From assembly GCA_965217775.1 (NCBI GenBank), contig CBDCJH010000002.1, forward strand, positions 5,760,001 through 5,824,000: a stretch of 64,000 nt of DNA. The letters are read 5' to 3'. Position numbers and translations under genes: made by a program. Of this stretch, positions 38,872 through 48,271 are shown in pieces. The DNA is from Acidobacteriota bacterium. GTDB lineage: Bacteria; Acidobacteriota; UBA6911; RPQK01; JAJDTT01. Positions within the stretch are counted from its first letter, which is position 1. Every line of letters starts with the position of its first letter. The notes beneath the pieces are model-generated. The model was not told the origin of the DNA, did not search any database, and was given only the letters and a program-made list of their open reading frames with translations.

Positions 38872-39612
38872 TTACTCCTGATCTTGGTTAATTCCCGTGG
38901 GTATCAGCATTGGCACCCTCTTCCGGTACCGGCGGTAGTCGTCCCCGTGCCGAGTCACCAGATCCCGCTCCTCCAGTGGAATGGCCAGGAGAATGTAGCC
39001 GGTGGCGGCCGCGGAGAACATCAGGTGTCCGGCACTCATCACCGGTGTGGCCCAGAAGGCGATGACCAGGCCCAACATCAGAGGGTGGCGGACGAATCGG
39101 TAGAACCCCGGCGTTCGAAAGCGGTCGGGCCGAGAATCCCGCCGTTTGAATCGAAGGTAGGTCTGGCGCAGGCCGAACAGATCGAAGTGGTCGATCATGG
39201 CGGCGGACAGCACCACGATTCCCCACCCCAACCAGAAAAATCCGGTCAGAAACAGGACTCCGGCTCCATGCTCCACCTGCCAGACCGGCTCGGGAACGGA
39301 CCGCCATTGCCAGAACAACAACAGCAGGACGCCGCTGGTAAAGAGAACGTAGGTGCTTCGCTCCACCGGCTTGGGCACAATCCTGGTCCAGATGGTCTTG
39401 AATCCAGGACGGGCCATGATGCTGTGCTGAAGGGCAAAGAGACCCAGCAGCCCGGCATTGACCGGAACCGCATCGGCCCAGGGAAATGGTGTCCCGGAGT
39501 CGATGCTCTTGGGGACGATCACGTTTCCCAGGAATCCGACGGTGTAGAGAACGGTGGCGAGGGAAACGGCGTAGGCTGCGGCCCCGTAGACAAGCGCTGC
39601 AATTCCGCTCAT
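38872..39612 (-). CDS. mddA: Methanethiol S-methyltransferase (ICMT-like membrane methyltransferase)
   Basis: LFALQHSIMARP.FK..WTRIVP...ERSTYVL, HFDLFGLRQ, VRHPLMLG..IAFWATP.M and EERDL motifs. Confidence 0.85.
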   Translation of the reverse strand: MSGIAALVYGAAAYAVSLATVLYTVGFLGNVIVPKSIDSGTPFPWADAVPVNAGLLGLFALQHSIMARPGFKTIWTRIVPKPVERSTYVLFTSGVLLLLFWQWRSVPEPVWQVEHGAGVLFLTGFFWLGWGIVVLSAAMIDHFDLFGLRQTYLRFKRRDSRPDRFRTPGFYRFVRHPLMLGLVIAFWATPVMSAGHLMFSAAATGYILLAIPLEERDLVTRHGDDYRRYRKRVPMLIPTGINQDQE

Positions 39613-39738
39613 GAGTGCGCCATTCTACTCTGTGCCGGAATCGAGGGTCATCCGGGGCTGACCAGTCGCTTGACTCGGGTTTGCAAATGCCTCAACGTCG
39701 GCGACGATTCGACTGCTGAACCAATTGGAGATTTAGAC

Positions 39739-41214
39739 ATGCGCGCAGATTCCGGAATCCGGATCAAATTGTTTTCGTGGATTGTCCATGCTGCCCTGCT
39801 TTCCGCTATTGGGCTTCATGCGGAAGTTCAGCGAGATGGGGGCCGGGTGGTTCAGGTCGGGCCGGAATACAATCTGGAAGAGTTGTTCCTTCACGACGAC
39901 TGGATCGTGGAGCGGACTCAGGGCTTGGTGCTGACTCCGGCGAAGGTGCGAAAACATCCGGGGAATCCAATCCTGGTCAAGGATCGCCCCTGGGAAGTGG
40001 GAATCATCAATTACACGTGTGTGCTCCAGGACCGGGAAGAGGGTCTCTTCAAGATGTGGTACCAGATCATCCGGCCCAAGGCGGGGGGCGGCGGAAACGA
40101 GAGCTGGTGCCTCTACGCCACCTCTCCCGACGGGCTGGTCTGGGAAAAGCCGGAACTGGGGATCGTGGAGCACGACGGTTCCACCCGCAACAATATCCTC
40201 TTCTACGAGCATGAGGGAATCCGCGGAACGCCGTCCTACTGGGTGGAGAAGGACTATGCCGCCTCCGATCCTTCCCGCCGCTACAAGATGATGTTGCAGC
40301 GGTGGGACTTTCGTGGGCGCTCCGCCGCCATGGCCCATTCCCCCGACGGCATCCGTTGGACCATTCCCCGCTACGGCAACCGGCTGGGTCCCTTCGATAC
40401 CCGGAACATCTTTTTCTGGGACGACATCGCCGGAGCCTACGTGGGTTACTTTCGGAGTCATGTGGGTGGGCGGCGTTCGATTTCCCGGGCGACCAGTCCC
40501 GACGGCTACCACTGGTCTCGGCCAGTCACGATTCACACACCCGACGAACAGGATTCTCCCACCTGGCACCTTTACACCCCGGGCATCTTCAAGTACGCGG
40601 GGGCGCGTCACGCCTACTTCATGCTCACCGCGGGCTTCGACGAGGTGTCCCACGCCATGTACGGAGAGCTGGGAGTGAGCCGGGACGGTATCGAGTGGCA
40701 TCGTTTCCGCCAGCCCTTTCTGGGAACTGCCCGTAAGGGTGAGTGGGACGGCGGGCACGTCATGCCCATTCCCGCCGATGCGTCCATGGCAGGCGAGACC
40801 GCTCTGTTCTATCAGGGAAGTACCAAGCCTGCCCACGACTCCACGGGGAAACGCGGCATCGGCGTGGCCTTCCTGGGACGCGGCGCTTTCGTCGGCTGGA
40901 GGGCGGCTTCCCAAGGGCAGCTTGTCACTCACCGTCTACGGATTCGGGACAACCGGAGCCGTTTCTACATCAACGCCGATGCCGGGGAAGGATCCATCCG
41001 GGCCGAGCTGCTGGACGATTCGGGGCAGGTCCTGGAGGGGTTCTCGCGAGAAGACTGTCGGCCCATCCAGGGCCGGGGAAGCCGGCTTCCGGTTCATTGG
41101 ACCGGACAGGAGACGCTGAAGCAGCACCTGCGCCGCGGGGCGGTTCGGCTCAAGCTCTACCTGGACCAGGCGACGGTCTACGGCTTCTACTGCAGGCGTC
41201 CGCCGCGCCGGTGA
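39739..41214 (+). CDS. Secreted GH32/GH43-like beta-propeller hypothetical protein
   Basis: GGAG RBS; KHPGNPIL..DRPWE, FKMWY, S.DG..W.KP.LG, SRDGIEW and INADA motifs. Confidence 0.75.
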   Translation: MRADSGIRIKLFSWIVHAALLSAIGLHAEVQRDGGRVVQVGPEYNLEELFLHDDWIVERTQGLVLTPAKVRKHPGNPILVKDRPWEVGIINYTCVLQDREEGLFKMWYQIIRPKAGGGGNESWCLYATSPDGLVWEKPELGIVEHDGSTRNNILFYEHEGIRGTPSYWVEKDYAASDPSRRYKMMLQRWDFRGRSAAMAHSPDGIRWTIPRYGNRLGPFDTRNIFFWDDIAGAYVGYFRSHVGGRRSISRATSPDGYHWSRPVTIHTPDEQDSPTWHLYTPGIFKYAGARHAYFMLTAGFDEVSHAMYGELGVSRDGIEWHRFRQPFLGTARKGEWDGGHVMPIPADASMAGETALFYQGSTKPAHDSTGKRGIGVAFLGRGAFVGWRAASQGQLVTHRLRIRDNRSRFYINADAGEGSIRAELLDDSGQVLEGFSREDCRPIQGRGSRLPVHWTGQETLKQHLRRGAVRLKLYLDQATVYGFYCRRPPRR

Positions 41215-41239
41215 CGGGCGGGGCCGGTACATCCCGTAG

Positions 41240-41397
41240 CAGTCCGTGGTGAAAGTCCCGCGAGCACCGAGACCGTTCCTGCGCCCGCCGGACAAGGCGC
41301 GATTCGGGTGCATACCGGGAGTATGTGCCCGAATCGCAACGCCGTCCGCCGGGATGCAGGGACGGTCGAATGCCGTGATGACTTTTGCCACGGGCTG
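41240..41397 (+). mobile_element. MITE-like repeat copy 3 (158 bp, GTAG target duplication)
   Basis: Same terminal inverted repeats; GTAG at 41236-41239 and 41398-41401. Confidence 0.92.
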
Positions 41398-41412
41398 GTA
41401 GAGGATAGATTC

Positions 41413-43164
41413 ATGAATCGTCGGCGCAAGTGTCTTCTGATCCTGTCGGTCGTGCTTCTGCCCGTGGTTTCCTGCCAGGCTCCAACGGGAACTGAGACGA
41501 CCCTGAGACCGGCGCCCAACTGGCCGCCCCGGATCATCTACAACACCGACGGCAACTGGGCCTTCAACTACTTGACCAACCGCGACACCCGGGACCTGAC
41601 GGTGATTCTGGCCGCACTCCAGGGGACCGCCGTGGACATCGTCACGGTCCTGGTGGGCATCGACGACGATCTCTCCTGGCGCGGGAGTCCACACGGCCAG
41701 CTCTGGGGAGACAACATCGAGGATTGGGACCCGGACGACGACACCGCCGTGGCCTCAGTCGGCGGCATGAGCATGTCCGACGTGGAGCGTCTGCACCAGA
41801 ACCTGGCCGCGGTGGTCGACGACGGCCACGATCTCTTGAAGATCTACATCGACCGGGCTCGGGAATTGGAACTGGGAATGTTCGCTTCCTTCCGCATGAA
41901 CGACGCCCACGTCAATCTCGAGGACCGGGGCTGGTACGGCCGGTCCGCCCAGAAGCTGGAGAGGACCGACCTGCTCCTGGGCCACCCGGTCTGGTGGGGA
42001 GCCGGCCAGGCCGACAAGTGGAACTTTTCCTGGCAGTGGAACTACGCCAAGAAAGAGGTGCGAGACCGCTTTCTGGGCCTTTTCGAGGAAGTTTTGACCC
42101 GCTACGACTTCGATGGATTGGAGTTGGATTTCAGCCGGGGCTATCTCCTGTTTCGAACCGGTGAACGGTTCAAGAACATCCCGACGCTGACCCAATTCAT
42201 GCGCAACGCCAGGGAAATCGTGCGCCGGAAGCAGTTGGAAAAGGGCCGGGAGATCAAGCTCATTACTCGTGTTCCCGTCAGCATCGACGCCGCTCTGGAA
42301 CTGGGTTTCGATCTCGAAACCTGGATCCGGGAAGGGCTCGCGGACGCGGTGATCCTGGGCTCTCCTTCCTATTGCATGCAGCGCATCGACGTCGAAAGGG
42401 CCGTCAAGGCCGCTTCCGAGAGTAGGGTTCTGGTCTACGCCGGATTCGATTCCTCGACCCACGCGACCTCGCCCCAGGGGGGGTACGAGCGAAATCCCGT
42501 GACGGTATTGAGGGCATCGGCATTGAACGGATACAAGCAGGGTGCCGCCGGGGTCCATCTTTTCAACTACGACTATCGAGGTCATCGCCAGCGGCCCGTT
42601 CCGGAAGGCACCGAAGTGGTGGCCAAGTCGGCGGGCACCGGCATGAGGGGCCATTTCACCGCGTCGGATCTTCAGGACCTGAAAGACTTAGGGGATGCCA
42701 TGGCCTTGGAGCGGCTGGACCGCTGCTACTATGCCGAGACTCGCGCCAGGAACTTCCCGGGGGACTACCCGCCGCAGGTGCCGCAGCAATTGTCTCTGGT
42801 GGGCCGGGGTGCCGGATCGGCTCACGCCATTCGGATCCGCGTGGACGACGACATCGGCTCCGGTCGGGCGGATGGGAGAATCCGAAGGACCGAGTTGCGG
42901 CTGCGTCTGACCCACGTGGAGAAGTCGTTCGGCCGTGTCCGCTGCGAAGTCAACGGGAATCGAGTCGATCTGTCCACGGCCGGACGTATCCGGAACCGGA
43001 AGGGAGAAGAGTGGCTGGTGGTGGAGAACCCGCCGGTCCGAAGGGGAGTCAACAGCGTCCTCGTGGTCCTGGAAGGGAAGAAGACCCCGGAGGAGCACAC
43101 CGATCGGTACGCGCCCTGGCCCACCCTCGAGAGCTGCGAGATCATCATCAAGACTGAGTCGTGA
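41413..43164 (+). CDS. Lipoprotein, GHL10/DUF187-like TIM-barrel glycoside hydrolase-like protein
   Basis: VVSC lipobox; IIYNTDG, SFRMNDAH, YDFDGLELDF.R and G..GVHLFN motifs. Confidence 0.72.
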   Translation: MNRRRKCLLILSVVLLPVVSCQAPTGTETTLRPAPNWPPRIIYNTDGNWAFNYLTNRDTRDLTVILAALQGTAVDIVTVLVGIDDDLSWRGSPHGQLWGDNIEDWDPDDDTAVASVGGMSMSDVERLHQNLAAVVDDGHDLLKIYIDRARELELGMFASFRMNDAHVNLEDRGWYGRSAQKLERTDLLLGHPVWWGAGQADKWNFSWQWNYAKKEVRDRFLGLFEEVLTRYDFDGLELDFSRGYLLFRTGERFKNIPTLTQFMRNAREIVRRKQLEKGREIKLITRVPVSIDAALELGFDLETWIREGLADAVILGSPSYCMQRIDVERAVKAASESRVLVYAGFDSSTHATSPQGGYERNPVTVLRASALNGYKQGAAGVHLFNYDYRGHRQRPVPEGTEVVAKSAGTGMRGHFTASDLQDLKDLGDAMALERLDRCYYAETRARNFPGDYPPQVPQQLSLVGRGAGSAHAIRIRVDDDIGSGRADGRIRRTELRLRLTHVEKSFGRVRCEVNGNRVDLSTAGRIRNRKGEEWLVVENPPVRRGVNSVLVVLEGKKTPEEHTDRYAPWPTLESCEIIIKTES

Positions 43165-43165
43165 C

Positions 43166-44758
43166 ATGCGCTACGTCACGCTTCAAGTCTTGTCGGTACT
43201 TCTTGGAATCGGATCCTCCGCCTTTGCGCTTACTGGAATGTCAGCGCCGGAAGACCTGTCCCCGGCCCTGCTGAACCGGCCCGCGTGTCCGGACATCGGT
43301 TCCCGGTTGGAGATCTTCGTCGACTACTTCCTGATCGATCGGCTGCAGGGAGCGCGCCTCAAACTGAATCATCCCCGGCCGGCGGAGGTGGTGATTCGGA
43401 AGGACCGCCCTTGGGAGGGCGAGCACGGTTTCGGCCAGGACGTGATCCGGGATGGCGGCCGCTACCTGATGTACTACTTTTCGGACGGTCGCATGAGTTA
43501 TGCGGAGAGCCGGGACGGTGTCCGATGGACCAAGCCGTCGCTGGGCCTCATCGAAGTCGACGGTAGCCGTGAGAACAATCTGGTGGGGACGGCGGATGGC
43601 CGGGAACTGTACGAACACAAGACCGAACCCTCCGCCCGCTTCTTCCTCGACCGGCGACCGGGCGTGCCCGCCGGGGAGCGGTTCAAGGCCTTGAAGTTGA
43701 ACGAGGGGTGGCGGGCCCACCCCACACCGGAGGACGAGGCCCGGAAGTTCACGCTGGACGATCGAGGGCTCTGGCTGGGCAGTCCCACCGACGTGATCGC
43801 CTTCGTCTCCGGTGACGGCAAGCTCTGGACCAGGCTCCGGGAGGAGCCGATTCTGAGGGACAGCACCTACGGGAAGTTCGACGGCGACTACTCGCTGTTC
43901 TGGTCGGAGTCCGAGAACCAGTACCTGATCTACACCCGCTTCTACACCTCGCCGACTCGTCCGGCCGGAAGGCGCTCCATCGGAAGGCTCACCTCTCCCG
44001 ACCTGTTCAACTGGTCCCGGCTGGAGCCCATGACCTTCGGCGACGGGGGCGCCATTCCCGAGAATCAGCTCTATATCAACAAGACCCAGCCCTATTACCG
44101 GACCCCCCACATCTATCTCGCCTTTCCCGCGCGCCTGATGGAAGGGCGCCAGGCCCTCAGCGACGAACAGGCCCAGGCGGCGTCCCGCCAGCAAGGAGTC
44201 CCGGTGGAGCGCTGGCAGGACTGTTCGGAAACGATCCTCATGAGCACCCGCGGAGGCACTCGGTACGACACCACTTTTCGCGAGGGTTTCATCCGGCCGG
44301 GCAGGGGGGCGCTGAATTGGAAGACCCGGACCACCTACGCCCTCCAGGGCGTCGTTCCCACCGGCAAGGAGGAGATGTCGATCTATGTCACCCGGGCGGC
44401 CGGAACACCCTCCTGGCACGTCCGCAGGTATGTCCTGCGGGTGGACGGTTTCGCGTCGGTGCACGCTCCCTACGCGGGTGGGGAGATGGTCACGAGGCTC
44501 TTCACGTTTTCGGGACGCGAACTGGTCCTCAATTACTCCACCTCGGCGGCGGGGAGCGTCCGGGTCGAAATCCAGGATGCTGCGGGAAATCCGGTTTCCG
44601 GCTATTCCCTGATCGACTCCATCGAGATCATCGGGGATCAGGTTCAAAGGGTGGCGTCCTGGACCGGAGGCAGCGACGTCTCCTCCTTGGAGGGCCGGCC
44701 GGTCCGGCTTCGGTTCGCCATGAAGGACGCCGATCTCTATTCCATTCGCTTTCGGTAG
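43166..44758 (+). CDS. Secreted GH32/GH43-like beta-propeller hypothetical protein
   Basis: Signal peptide; LEIFVD..LID, DRPWEG, YAES.DG.RW.KP.LG, LR.DGFAS and ADLYS.RF motifs. Confidence 0.75.
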   Translation: MRYVTLQVLSVLLGIGSSAFALTGMSAPEDLSPALLNRPACPDIGSRLEIFVDYFLIDRLQGARLKLNHPRPAEVVIRKDRPWEGEHGFGQDVIRDGGRYLMYYFSDGRMSYAESRDGVRWTKPSLGLIEVDGSRENNLVGTADGRELYEHKTEPSARFFLDRRPGVPAGERFKALKLNEGWRAHPTPEDEARKFTLDDRGLWLGSPTDVIAFVSGDGKLWTRLREEPILRDSTYGKFDGDYSLFWSESENQYLIYTRFYTSPTRPAGRRSIGRLTSPDLFNWSRLEPMTFGDGGAIPENQLYINKTQPYYRTPHIYLAFPARLMEGRQALSDEQAQAASRQQGVPVERWQDCSETILMSTRGGTRYDTTFREGFIRPGRGALNWKTRTTYALQGVVPTGKEEMSIYVTRAAGTPSWHVRRYVLRVDGFASVHAPYAGGEMVTRLFTFSGRELVLNYSTSAAGSVRVEIQDAAGNPVSGYSLIDSIEIIGDQVQRVASWTGGSDVSSLEGRPVRLRFAMKDADLYSIRFR

Positions 44759-44806
44759 GGCGAATGGGTCGTCCGGAGCGAGTCCGGGCGGCCCCTGGCT
44801 CCGCCG

Positions 44807-46342
44807 TCACAACGGAGGTTCGGAGACGCCGTAGAGTGATCGCAGGCGTTTGAGTTCGGCCTGTAGTTCAGCGGTGACCTGTTCCATGCCGTTTCTCCCA
44901 AACAGGCTCTGCAGTTCCTGCGGGTCCCGCTCCAGGTCGAAAAGCTCCCACTCGCCGCTCTCGTAGAAGCGGATCAGTTTGTAACGCTCGGTCCGCACCC
45001 CTTCATGCGCCGGGACGCCGTGAGCCAACTGGCTCTCGTAGTAGTGGTAGTAGAAGGACCGGCGCCAATCCTGGGGCACCGTGCCCTTGAGGATGGGAAC
45101 CAGGCTGCGGCCCTGCATCCGGGGAGGGATCCGGACACCGGCCATCTCCAGAAAGGTGGCGGCGTAGTCCAGGTTGGAGACCAAATCGCGGCTGGCGGAG
45201 CCGGGCTCGACCGCACCGGGCCACCGTATCACCAAGGGAGTCCGCAACGACTCGCGGTACATCCAGCGCTTGTCGAACCAGCCGTGCTCCCCCAGATAGA
45301 AGCCCTGATCGGAGCTGTAGACCACGATGGTGTTCCGGGACAGACCGGTGGCGTCCAGGTAACGGAGCAGGCGCCCGACGTTGTCGTCGACGGAAGCGAT
45401 GCAGCGCAAATAGTCCTTGATGTAGCGTTGGTACTTCCAACGGAGGAGTTCCTTCCCCTGCAGATCGGCCGCCTGAAAGGCCTTGTTCTTGGGTTCGTAA
45501 ATGGCATCCCAGACGGCTTTCTGCTCCGGATTCATCCTTCCGTAGGTTCGTCTCCACCGGATCAGGAACGGGTCGTCCCCGGCGGTTCCCGGAAGCGGCC
45601 GGAACTTCAGATCGTGGGGGGTCATGTGCCGTCCGATCTCCATCCGGTTCCGGGACGCCGGCGATGCCCGTCCGGCGTAGTCGTCGAACAGAGTCGGCGG
45701 TTCCCACATCTGCTCGTCGTCGTAGAGGGTCAAGTGCTCCGGTCCGGACATCCAGTGGCGATGCGGCGCCTTGTGCTGGCTCATGAGCAGGAAGGGCTGG
45801 TCCGGGTTCCGGTTCCGGAGCCACTCCAGTGAGAGATCCGTGATGATGTCCGTCGTGTAACCGGTATGCCGGCGGCGCGTGTCGTCCGGGCCGACCCGCA
45901 TGTCCGGGTTGTAGTAGGCCCCCTGTCCCGGCAGCACTTCCCAATCGTCGAAGCCGGTGGGCGCCGACTTCAAATGCCACTTCCCGAAGATGGCCGTCTG
46001 GTACCCGGCCTCCCGCAGCAGCTTGGGAAAGGTCTGCTTCGAGCCGTCGAACGGCAGGCGATTGTCCAGGACTCCGTTGAGGTGACTGTACTTGCCGGTG
46101 AGGATCACGGCCCGGCTGGGGGCGCAGATGGAATTCGTGACCAGCGCCCGGTCGAACCGCATTCCCTCGCGGGCGATCCGGTCGAGGTTGGGGGTTCGGT
46201 TCAGCTTCGAGCCATACGCGCCGACCGCCTGGTAGGCGTGGTCGTCGGTGAAGATGAAGAGGATGTTGGGCGGTTTGGCGGGGGCGGGCCGGTACCAGGC
46301 CAACAGCAGCAACAGCGGCGTCGAAGCAGCGATCAGGCGCAT
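44807..46342 (-). CDS. Sulfatase (formylglycine-dependent S1 family, N-acetylglucosamine-6-sulfatase-like)
   Basis: [22 protein letters not shown] signature, [19 protein letters not shown]. Confidence 0.95.
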   Translation of the reverse strand: MRLIAASTPLLLLLAWYRPAPAKPPNILFIFTDDHAYQAVGAYGSKLNRTPNLDRIAREGMRFDRALVTNSICAPSRAVILTGKYSHLNGVLDNRLPFDGSKQTFPKLLREAGYQTAIFGKWHLKSAPTGFDDWEVLPGQGAYYNPDMRVGPDDTRRRHTGYTTDIITDLSLEWLRNRNPDQPFLLMSQHKAPHRHWMSGPEHLTLYDDEQMWEPPTLFDDYAGRASPASRNRMEIGRHMTPHDLKFRPLPGTAGDDPFLIRWRRTYGRMNPEQKAVWDAIYEPKNKAFQAADLQGKELLRWKYQRYIKDYLRCIASVDDNVGRLLRYLDATGLSRNTIVVYSSDQGFYLGEHGWFDKRWMYRESLRTPLVIRWPGAVEPGSASRDLVSNLDYAATFLEMAGVRIPPRMQGRSLVPILKGTVPQDWRRSFYYHYYESQLAHGVPAHEGVRTERYKLIRFYESGEWELFDLERDPQELQSLFGRNGMEQVTAELQAELKRLRSLYGVSEPPL

Positions 46343-46406
46343 ACCCAGGGGAATTCTACTACCGTCGCCGGGTGTCCCGCACCCATGGGCGTTCTCAGAG
46401 GTTGAT

Positions 46407-46442
46407 ATACATAGAACTACAATGCATTATTGTTCTATGTAT
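46407..46442. promoter_or_regulatory. Probable PadR operator overlapping a promoter
   Basis: 36-bp near-perfect palindrome ATACATAGAAC-tac-AATGCATT-att-GTTCTATGTAT; TTGATA-N17-CATTAT overlaps it. Confidence 0.65.
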
Positions 46443-46486
46443 CGATCCATGATTCCTGTTGCCGCCGTCGTGGGAGATGGGAAGAC

Positions 46487-46855
46487 ATGAACTTCGGCAA
46501 GGATCTGGTGGCGGCTTCGGCGACGCCGCTGGTGCTGGCGATACTGGCCGAGGGAGACAGCTACGGTTACGCGATCCTGAAACGCGTCCGCGAGCTCTCC
46601 GGGGGCCGGTTGCAGTGGACGGACGGAATGCTCTATCCGGTGCTGCACCGGCTGGACCGGCTCGGGTACGTCGAGACCCGGTGGGAGACCTCCCGGAGCG
46701 GCCGCAGGCGCAAGTACTATCGAATCAGTCGGCGGGGACGGGAGCAACTGGAGGATCAACGTCGGCAGTGGCAGGTGGTGGACGCCACGTTGCGAGCCGT
46801 CTGGCTGGAGAGGTCCACAGCGGCGTCTGGACCACCGCTGATGCAGGAGAGTTGA
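46487..46855 (+). CDS. PadR family transcriptional regulator
   Basis: LAIL...DSYGY.I, G.LYP.L.RL...G and R.RKYY.I...G motifs. Confidence 0.93.
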   Translation: MNFGKDLVAASATPLVLAILAEGDSYGYAILKRVRELSGGRLQWTDGMLYPVLHRLDRLGYVETRWETSRSGRRRKYYRISRRGREQLEDQRRQWQVVDATLRAVWLERSTAASGPPLMQES

Positions 46856-46860
46856 CGAAG

Positions 46861-48237
46861 ATGGCCGTATCCGGAAGACAACGGGAGACCCTGGAGGGGC
46901 AGATCGCCGAGTGGCGGGTTTACCTGCGCCGTCGCCGGGCAATACTCGACCCTGATGTGGAAGAGCTGGAAATTCACCTGCGGGAACAGGTCAACGAGCT
47001 GGTCGACGCCGGCCTGGCGTCGGACGAAGCCTTTCTGGTGGGAGTCAAGCGGATGGGCCGCCTGGACGCTCTTTCCCGAGAGTTCGCGCGGGAGCATTCG
47101 GAGCGCCTTTGGAAACAACTGGTCCTGGCGCCGGACGAGGACAGCGGCCAAAGTCGGGGCTCTACGGTGGAGGTGGCCGTGGCTGTCTGTCTGGCCGCCG
47201 CCGCCGCGATGGCCGTCAAGGTGCCCGAGCTCGTCGGCCACTCCCACATCGGCTACGGCGACGGATTCTATCCCCGGAACATCAGCCTCTTGGTTCTGCC
47301 TCTGCTCACCGGCTACTTCGTCTGGAAACGGCGCACTCTCGATCTCCGCTGTCTCTGGTTGGCACTTCCGTTCGTTGTGGCTGCCCTATTCATGAATCTT
47401 CTTCCCTTCAAGCTGCGCGGGCACACGGAGGTGCTCGCGGTGCTTCACCTGCCGATTGCGCTCTGGCTGGCCGTGGGCGTCGCCTATGCGGGCGGACGTT
47501 GGCGCCACGGAGGCGGGCGCATGGACTTCGTCCGTTTCTCCGGCGAGTTGTTCATCTACTACGTGCTGATCGCTCTGGGCGGCGGCGTGCTGACGGCCTT
47601 CACGGGGGTCATGTTCAAGGCCATCGGCCTGGACGTGGAGTGGCTGGCCGAGAAATGGCTGCTGCCCTGCGGCGCCGCGGGGGCCGCCATCATCGGGGCC
47701 TGGCTGGTGGAGGCCAAGCAGAGCGTCATCGAAAACATGGCGCCGGTCCTGACCCGTCTTTTCACGCCTCTGTTCACCGTGGTCCTCCTGGCCTTTCTGG
47801 CGACCATGGTCTGGACCGGCAGCGGCATCGACGTGAAGCGGGAAGTGCTCATCGGGTTCGACCTGTTGTTGGCGCTGGTCCTGGGATTGCTGCTCTACGC
47901 CGTTTCGGCCCGCGACCCCTTGTCGCCGCCCGATGCCTTCGACGTGCTGCAGTTCGTGCTGGTGGTCAGCGCTCTGGTCGTCGACCTTCTGGCTCTGGCG
48001 GCCATCGCGACTCGCATCTCCGAGTTCGGATTCAGCCCCAACCGGGTGGCGGCGCTGGGCGAGAACCTGATCCTGCTGGTCAATCTGGGGTGGTCGGCCT
48101 GCCTCTACGCCCGCTTCCTGCTGGGCAGAGGTTCGTTTGTCGCCCTGGAGCGCTGGCAGACCATGTACCTTCCCGTCTATGCCGTATGGGCCGGCTTCGT
48201 CGTCGTGGGCTTCCCCCCGCTGTTCGGCTACGTCTGA
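46861..48237 (+). CDS. Permease-prefix-domain membrane protein (PadR-associated)
   Basis: ELE.HLRE....L..AGL..DEAF...VKRMG prefix followed by multiple TM helices. Confidence 0.85.
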   Translation: MAVSGRQRETLEGQIAEWRVYLRRRRAILDPDVEELEIHLREQVNELVDAGLASDEAFLVGVKRMGRLDALSREFAREHSERLWKQLVLAPDEDSGQSRGSTVEVAVAVCLAAAAAMAVKVPELVGHSHIGYGDGFYPRNISLLVLPLLTGYFVWKRRTLDLRCLWLALPFVVAALFMNLLPFKLRGHTEVLAVLHLPIALWLAVGVAYAGGRWRHGGGRMDFVRFSGELFIYYVLIALGGGVLTAFTGVMFKAIGLDVEWLAEKWLLPCGAAGAAIIGAWLVEAKQSVIENMAPVLTRLFTPLFTVVLLAFLATMVWTGSGIDVKREVLIGFDLLLALVLGLLLYAVSARDPLSPPDAFDVLQFVLVVSALVVDLLALAAIATRISEFGFSPNRVAALGENLILLVNLGWSACLYARFLLGRGSFVALERWQTMYLPVYAVWAGFVVVGFPPLFGYV

Positions 48238-48271
48238 ATTCAATTGGGTCGGACCGCTCGATTCTCATTTC

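Noticed and set aside
38884-39738. N-terminal 285 codons of the 776-aa ORF
   Set aside because: Antisense to mddA; the real start is more plausibly ATG 39739, with an RBS and signal peptide.
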